A stretch of DNA of 19,050 bases from Diplonema japonicum (taxonomy: Eukaryota; Protista; Euglenozoa: Diplonemea): positions 1 to 19,050 of the forward strand of contig OZ025768.1 in assembly GCA_964019335.1 (NCBI GenBank), read 5' to 3'. The translations under genes were made by a program, and so were the position numbers. The notes below the pieces were generated by a model. That model was not told the DNA's origin. It was given only the letters and a program-made list of their open reading frames with translations, and did not search any database. Below, piece by piece: positions 11,004-19,050 of this stretch. The stretch's first letter is position 1. Each line of letters opens with the position of its first letter.

Positions 11004-14000
11004 AGTAAGTACAGTGGTAAGTACTCATACCATTCCTAGCTAGCACAGGTAATGCATGTAGTACTATCAGTAGTACAGAGAGTACAGGCATGTCATATCC
11101 TGGGAGTACACACACCAATGCATCCCAAGGATGTGGTGTGCTCTCTAGCCATACCATCTCATGAGGATGGTGGCGGTATACTCTACCAACCATGTACCTC
11201 ATAATGAGGAGAACATGCTGGTAAGGATACTAACTAAGCATGAATACCTCTAAGCAGTACTATCCTAAGTATGGGCAGACACACAGAGGATGTATCCCCA
11301 ATACAGATAGTATGATATCAGTAGTACATCCTGTAGTACATACCATGGCATAGTACAGAAGGAGATGCCATGTTAGCTGTGCAGTAGATATCTAGTGGCA
11401 CCATTCCCTGAGAACACAGGAGTATGGAACCAGTGGAATACCAGGAGTACTAACACAGGTAATGCCACCAATACACTGAGTGTGTGGCATAGAGCATATC
11501 CTACCACCAGTACACACACAGTATGCATGAGCATATATCCTGTGTAGTGCTACATGTGCAATGGATGCATGTAGTACTGTCATAGGTATCATGGCTAGTA
11601 CATAGTATGATATCAGTAGCACAGGTATCCTGAGAGTGGAGGAACCTGTGGAATACTAGAAGTACTAACTCAGAGAATACCAGGAGTATGAAGTACACCA
11701 TCTCCAGCTAACACAGGTAATACCACCAGTAGCTGTGGTGGTGCCATGTACTGTATATGATATCATGCACACCAATACATACTGTATGTACATAGGGAAT
11801 ACGTACTGTGCAGTGCATAGAGCACAGGGGATACGTACTGTGCTAACTATGATATCTAGTGCTGTCAGTAGTACAGAGGTGTGCAGAGAGTGGTGGTAAC
11901 TCTAAGTTAGGGAAAGTACTAACTCAGAGAATACCAGGAGTATGGAACTAGGGAAGCACGGAGGTATCCTAGTAGCACAGGCAATGGCACCAATGCACAG
12001 GATGCAGTGCCATGTACTGTATATGATATCATGCACACCAATACACACAGTATGCATGAGCATATATCCTGTGTAGTGCTACATGTGCAATGGATGCATG
12101 TAGTACATCCTGTAGTACATACCATGGCATAGTACAGAAGGAGATGCCATGTTAGCTGTGCAGTAGATATCTAGTGGCACCATTCCCTGAGAACACAGGA
12201 GTATGGAACCAGTGGAATACCAGGAGTACTAACACAGGTAATGCCACCAATACACTGAGTGTGTGGCATAGAGCATATCCTACCACCAGTACACACAGTA
12301 TGCATGAGCATATATCCTGTGTAGTGCTACATGTGCAATGGATGCATGTAGTACTGTCATAGGTATCATGGCTAGTACATAGTATGATATCAGTAGCACA
12401 GGTATCCTGAGAGTGGAGGAACCTGTGGAATACTAGAAGTACTAACTCAGAGAATACCAGGAGTATGGAACTACACCATCTCTAGCTAACACAGGTAATA
12501 CCACCAGTAGCTGTGGTGGTGCCATGTACTGTATATGATATCATGCACACCAATACATACTGTATGTACATAGGGAATACATAGTATGTAGTGCATAGAG
12601 CACAGGGGATACGTACTGTGCTAACTATGATATCTAGTGCTGTCAGTAGTACAGAGGTGTGCAGAGAAGGGTAGTGATACCAGAAGTAGTGGAATCATGA
12701 GAACTAAATAAACCACTAATCTGGAGAAGTACGAAGGATAGGAACAGGGCATATCTAGTAGCACAGGCAATGGCACCAATGCACAGGATGCAGTGCCATG
12801 TACTGTATACCATATCATGCACACCAATACATACTGTATGTACGTAGGGAATACATAGTATGTAGTGCATAGAGCACAATGGAGGCATGTAGTACTACCA
12901 TAGATAATAGGGTGTCTAGAGGATAGGTCATATGGGGTGATTATGGGCATACCCAAAATACCACTTTATTGGTAGGTACCTCATTCTATTCGAAGACTCA
13001 AGGGAATGGTCCCAGACCAATTCTGAGAAATGATATCCCCTTTTTGGGAAAAGGCCCGGTGAGCCTCGGACCTCATTTCAGGCCTAAAAGGGGGTATCTA
13101 GGTGTACAGGGTATATCTAGTAATATGTAGGTAGTACATTATCCCTTGTATACTGTAGTATTAGGGACATGTAGTGCTACCAGTAGTACAGACAGTGTAA
13201 CACAGTGAATATGTTGTTGCACCAGTATTCACACAGTGTATCTAAGTAAGTAACTATGGAAGTACATGTTAATAGTAAGTACATCATCCCATAAGGGTGT
13301 GGCTATACATCTGGGGATACCTGTGGGGAGCATATACAGGTGGTAGTACAGACACACTGTTTAGCTAAGTACCATAACACAGGAACATAGACAGTGTGAA
13401 GTACGTAATACCACAGTATGCATGGGATAACAGTAAGTACAGTAACTACACATTATCAGAGAACAGCAGAGAGTATGTAACCCCCTGATAACGGGTGTGC
13501 TGTACAGAGGTATCCTTAGAAAGGGTGCTTTAACCTGGGGATTAGGGTGTAGAGACCTGTATATGGACTCATGTCCTTACGCGCGCGCGCGCGCGTGGGG
13601 GATATAGCGAGGTAATTCTACGAATTCATCCGTAGTGTCCCACAAGGGTTTCAGGAATTGCATAGCTACAGGGACGTAAACCCCTAGATTGGGACCCCTT
13701 GGAACCCTTAGATCCTGGGATTAGGGATGCTAGGACCTGTTAGCAGAGGTACGGAGGCCTGTGGGGAGTACATCCAGAGGTACTGATATCCATAACATAC
13801 AAGAGGAAGCACACTGTTTAGCTAAGTACAGTAACACACTACACACTAACACAGAGAGTAACACAGACAGTGTGTAGTAATACATGTAGTAGCACAAGTA
13901 GTGCTCCAGAAGGGTGTAGCTATACATCTGGGGATAACACCAACTAACAGGAACACCAGCAGAAGGGTGTGTTCTCTGGGGGGGGTAGCACAAGTAGGGT

Positions 14001-15488
14001 GTCTGGTGGTGGTATCTCATAACAGGGGATTCCATAGCAGGGCACGTCTGGGGGCCTGTAGTAAGTACCTGTTAGCAGAGACACACACTGTTACCAGGGA
14101 CACACACTGTTAGCAGAGAGTATGTAACCACTGGTATGGGGTAGTACATTATCCCTTGTATACTATGGTATTAGCCCCTACACACTGTCTACTAACTAAC
14201 CCCTTGTCTAACCACTGGTACTAACCCCTATGTATTAGACCCTTATCCTAACCCCTCTCTGTACCCCCCCTTATATTGGGGGGTCCTATACCCTACCCCT
14301 TTGGGGACACCTTGGGGGCACCTTACTATCCTAACAGTTATCCTTACGCGCGCGCGCGCGCGTGGGGGATATAGCGAGGTAATTTGCATAATTCTTACGT
14401 AGTGTCCCACAAGGGTTTCAGGAATTGGAGGGCTACAGGGACGTAGATATTCTCTGGGACGTAGCGGGTTAATTTGCAGAAATCACCCGTAGGAGCCCAG
14501 AGAGGTGTCCCAATATTGGAGGGCTACAGGGACGTAAACCATTCCAGGGCTCCTACGGGGTAATTCTACGAATTCACCCGATACAGCCCTGAAGGGGTTC
14601 AGGAATCGGAGGGCTACAGGGACGTAAACCCCTAGCATGCCCCCTTATCCAGCCCTTCTGGGACCCCTCAATATACCCTCCTATTACCACCTATAATACT
14701 ATCATTACATACTATGTAAGTACTGTGTATGTATCATATATCTATCCCATGTATACGGGGGATATATGTACATGCATAATACTAGTATTACATAATGATG
14801 TACTAACTGTATTAATGGTATCATAACCCTACTCATCCCCTCATGACATCATCCTGGGGATGGGGACCCCTTCTCTAGATCCCAGGATCCCAGGGGGTGG
14901 AGACCCAACCTCTAGATCCCAGGATCCCTAGCTTGGACCACCATCTCTAGACACCACCACATCCTGAGAGTGTCTGTAGAGATACCAGCATACTACTTAT
15001 CATGTAAGTACTCTGTGTAGTAGTACATACAGTATATGATATACATGTACTAGCACTAACACAGTGTGTATGCCTACTTATCATAGTAGTAGTATTATCA
15101 TATCATGGCATGATGGTACATCCTAAGGATGCCAGCATATCCAGAGAGTGGGGAGAACATACCATCTCTCTCTCTAGCCATGACATCATGGAGCATACCA
15201 CTAACGGTATCATTACCATAGATCATGTCATGCATGGATCATGGGATGTACAGAGTAGAGGTATTATCTACTAGAAGAGCAGCTGTGCTCTCTAGCCATA
15301 CCATCTACAGAGTATGGTGGCGGTATACTCTAGTAACCATGTACCTCATATCCTAGTCATGAGGATGGTGGCGGTATACTCTAGTAACCATGTACCTCAT
15401 ACTGTAGCTACTCCATTATCCCTAGAGAAGGGAATGGTGGTGGTGTACATCCTAGGCAGTAATGCCTGTGGGGAATACCACCAGTACT
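11004..15488. repeat. Constant region, copy 3, complete
   Basis: Same landmarks and order as copy 2, with a single copy of the ~294-bp block. Confidence 0.9.
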
Positions 15489-15616
15489 ACAGAGAGTATC
15501 TCATACCATATCCTAGTCATGAGGATGATGGTGTGCTCTCTCTAGGGAAGTACATCCGTAGTACTATCAGTAGTATACCCTGTAGTAAGTACAGTAAGTA
15601 CTATCCTGGGAGTACA

Positions 15617-15808
15617 GCTACTCATGGTGTAGCCTACTGTTGCTAGTACAGCTATGAACATGGGCAGCAGCAATACCAGAGATGTAGTGCTGGTAGCTCA
15701 TGTGCTATCCAACAGTACCTTCTTGGTAGTCCATGTAGCTGTATGTACTCATCCCATACTCTGATACATGCATCACATCAGGATGGCATGCTGTGTGCTA
15801 CTAGCTAT
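15617..15808 (-). CDS. nad5: Second copy of the nad5-like module
   Basis: Appears identical by eye to 9989-10180 at offset 5628. Confidence 0.55.
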
Positions 15809-16025
15809 GACATACTATCAGTAAGTACAGTGGTAAGTACTCATGCCAATGCATGTAGTGCTACCAGTACTATCAGTAGGATATACTGTAGTAAGTACAG
15901 TGGTAAGTACTCATGCCAATGCATGTAGTGCTACCAGTAGTACAGAGAGTACAGGCATGTCATATCCTGGGAGTACACACACCAATGCATCCCAAGGATG
16001 TGGTGTGCTCTCTCTAGCAATGTAG

Positions 16026-16343
<318 letters not shown>

Positions 16344-16416
16344 TAAGTACAGTGGTAAGTACTCATGCCAATGCATGTAGTGCTACCAGTACTATCAGTA
16401 GGATATCCTAGCTAAC

Positions 16417-16566
16417 ACAGTGAAGGAAGCACCACTGTTAGCTGTAGTGGTATCTACACAGGACATGCTAGCAAGAGCTCTACTCACAGAGAGCACACGC
16501 ATGCAGAACCATCTACTGAACATAGCCTGTCATGCTGGTGATGTAGAGTGCTTAGTAGCTCTACTC
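16417..16566 (+). CDS. nad7: Second copy of the nad7 module
   Basis: Appears identical by eye to 10789-10938 at offset 5628. Confidence 0.88.
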
Positions 16567-16631
16567 ATATCATCCTAGCTAACACCATGAATGCATGTAG
16601 TGCTACCAGTATCAGTAGTAGTACATCCTGT

Positions 16632-19050
16632 AGTAAGTACAGTGGTAAGTACTCATACCATTCCTAGCTAGCACAGGTAATGCATGTAGTACTATCAGTA
16701 GTACAGAGAGTACAGGCATGTCATATCCTGGGAGTACACACACCAATGCATCCCAAGGATGTGGTGTGCTCTCTAGCCATACCATCTCATGAGGATGGTG
16801 GCGGTATACTCTACCAACCATGTACCTCATAATGAGGAGAACATGCTGGTAAGGATACTAACTAAGCATGAATACCTCTAAGCAGTACTATCCTAAGTAT
16901 GGGCAGACACACAGAGGATGTATCCCCAATACAGATAGTATGATATCAGTAGTACATCCTGTAGTACATACCATGGCATAGTACAGAAGGAGATGCCATG
17001 TTAGCTGTGCAGTAGATATCTAGTGGCACCATTCCCTGAGAACACAGGAGTATGGAACCAGTGGAATACCAGGAGTACTAACACAGGTAATGCCACCAAT
17101 ACACTGAGTGTGTGGCATAGAGCATATCCTACCACCAGTACACACACAGTATGCATGAGCATATATCCTGTGTAGTGCTACATGTGCAATGGATGCATGT
17201 AGTACTGTCATAGGTATCATGGCTAGTACATAGTATGATATCAGTAGCACAGGTATCCTGAGAGTGGAGGAACCTGTGGAATACTAGAAGTACTAACTCA
17301 GAGAATACCAGGAGTATGAAGTACACCATCTCCAGCTAACACAGGTAATACCACCAGTAGCTGTGGTGGTGCCATGTACTGTATATGATATCATGCACAC
17401 CAATACATACTGTATGTACATAGGGAATACGTACTGTGCAGTGCATAGAGCACAGGGGATACGTACTGTGCTAACTATGATATCTAGTGCTGTCAGTAGT
17501 ACAGAGGTGTGCAGAGAGTGGTGGTAACTCTAAGTTAGGGAAAGTACTAACTCAGAGAATACCAGGAGTATGGAACTAGGGAAGCACGGAGGTATCCTAG
17601 TAGCACAGGCAATGGCACCAATGCACAGGATGCAGTGCCATGTACTGTATATGATATCATGCACACCAATACACACAGTATGCATGAGCATATATCCTGT
17701 GTAGTGCTACATGTGCAATGGATGCATGTAGTACATCCTGTAGTACATACCATGGCATAGTACAGAAGGAGATGCCATGTTAGCTGTGCAGTAGATATCT
17801 AGTGGCACCATTCCCTGAGAACACAGGAGTATGGAACCAGTGGAATACCAGGAGTACTAACACAGGTAATGCCACCAATACACTGAGTGTGTGGCATAGA
17901 GCATATCCTACCACCAGTACACACAGTATGCATGAGCATATATCCTGTGTAGTGCTACATGTGCAATGGATGCATGTAGTACTGTCATAGGTATCATGGC
18001 TAGTACATAGTATGATATCAGTAGCACAGGTATCCTGAGAGTGGAGGAACCTGTGGAATACTAGAAGTACTAACTCAGAGAATACCAGGAGTATGGAACT
18101 ACACCATCTCTAGCTAACACAGGTAATACCACCAGTAGCTGTGGTGGTGCCATGTACTGTATATGATATCATGCACACCAATACATACTGTATGTACATA
18201 GGGAATACATAGTATGTAGTGCATAGAGCACAGGGGATACGTACTGTGCTAACTATGATATCTAGTGCTGTCAGTAGTACAGAGGTGTGCAGAGAAGGGT
18301 AGTGATACCAGAAGTAGTGGAATCATGAGAACTAAATAAACCACTAATCTGGAGAAGTACGAAGGATAGGAACAGGGCATATCTAGTAGCACAGGCAATG
18401 GCACCAATGCACAGGATGCAGTGCCATGTACTGTATACCATATCATGCACACCAATACATACTGTATGTACGTAGGGAATACATAGTATGTAGTGCATAG
18501 AGCACAATGGAGGCATGTAGTACTACCATAGATAATAGGGTGTCTAGAGGATAGGTCATATGGGGTGATTATGGGCATACCCAAAATACCACTTTATTGG
18601 TAGGTACCTCATTCTATTCGAAGACTCAAGGGAATGGTCCCAGACCAATTCTGAGAAATGATATCCCCTTTTTGGGAAAAGGCCCGGTGAGCCTCGGACC
18701 TCATTTCAGGCCTAAAAGGGGGTATCTAGGTGTACAGGGTATATCTAGTAATATGTAGGTAGTACATTATCCCTTGTATACTGTAGTATTAGGGACATGT
18801 AGTGCTACCAGTAGTACAGACAGTGTAACACAGTGAATATGTTGTTGCACCAGTATTCACACAGTGTATCTAAGTAAGTAACTATGGAAGTACATGTTAA
18901 TAGTAAGTACATCATCCCATAAGGGTGTGGCTATACATCTGGGGATACCTGTGGGGAGCATATACAGGTGGTAGTACAGACACACTGTTTAGCTAAGTAC
19001 CATAACACAGGAACATAGACAGTGTGAAGTACGTAATACCACAGTATGCA
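16632..19050. repeat. Constant region, copy 4, partial
   Basis: Appears identical to 11004-13422 at offset 5628. Confidence 0.9.

Overview
This window looks like diplonemid-type (Euglenozoa) multipartite mitochondrial DNA. It holds about 3.3 head-to-tail units of roughly 5.6-5.9 kb. Each unit has a near-identical, repeat-rich non-coding 'constant region' of about 4.5-4.8 kb and a variable 'cassette' of about 1.05-1.15 kb. The cassettes carry short fragments (modules) of different respiratory-chain genes rather than whole genes. Cassette 1 (about 4036-5085) has the N-terminal piece of cob, an internal piece of nad4 and a possible small minus-strand module. Cassettes 2 and 3 (about 9861-11003 and 15489-16631) appear identical. 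They carry a minus-strand nad5-like piece that is open only with TGA=Trp, an internal cox1 piece with the heme-ligand motif and an internal nad7 piece. The ORF track misses the nad4, nad5-like and nad7 pieces, and most ORFs it lists are repeat-derived noise. Fragmented genes joined by RNA trans-splicing and editing are already known in diplonemids, so the system class is not new. The window-specific points of interest are the multi-gene cassettes, spacers built from collapsed constant-region flanks, a candidate A-to-I editing site in nad7, invariant (CG)8 and iteron-like elements, and a visible switch point between chromosome types. Module boundaries are approximate and all homologies were recognised by eye.
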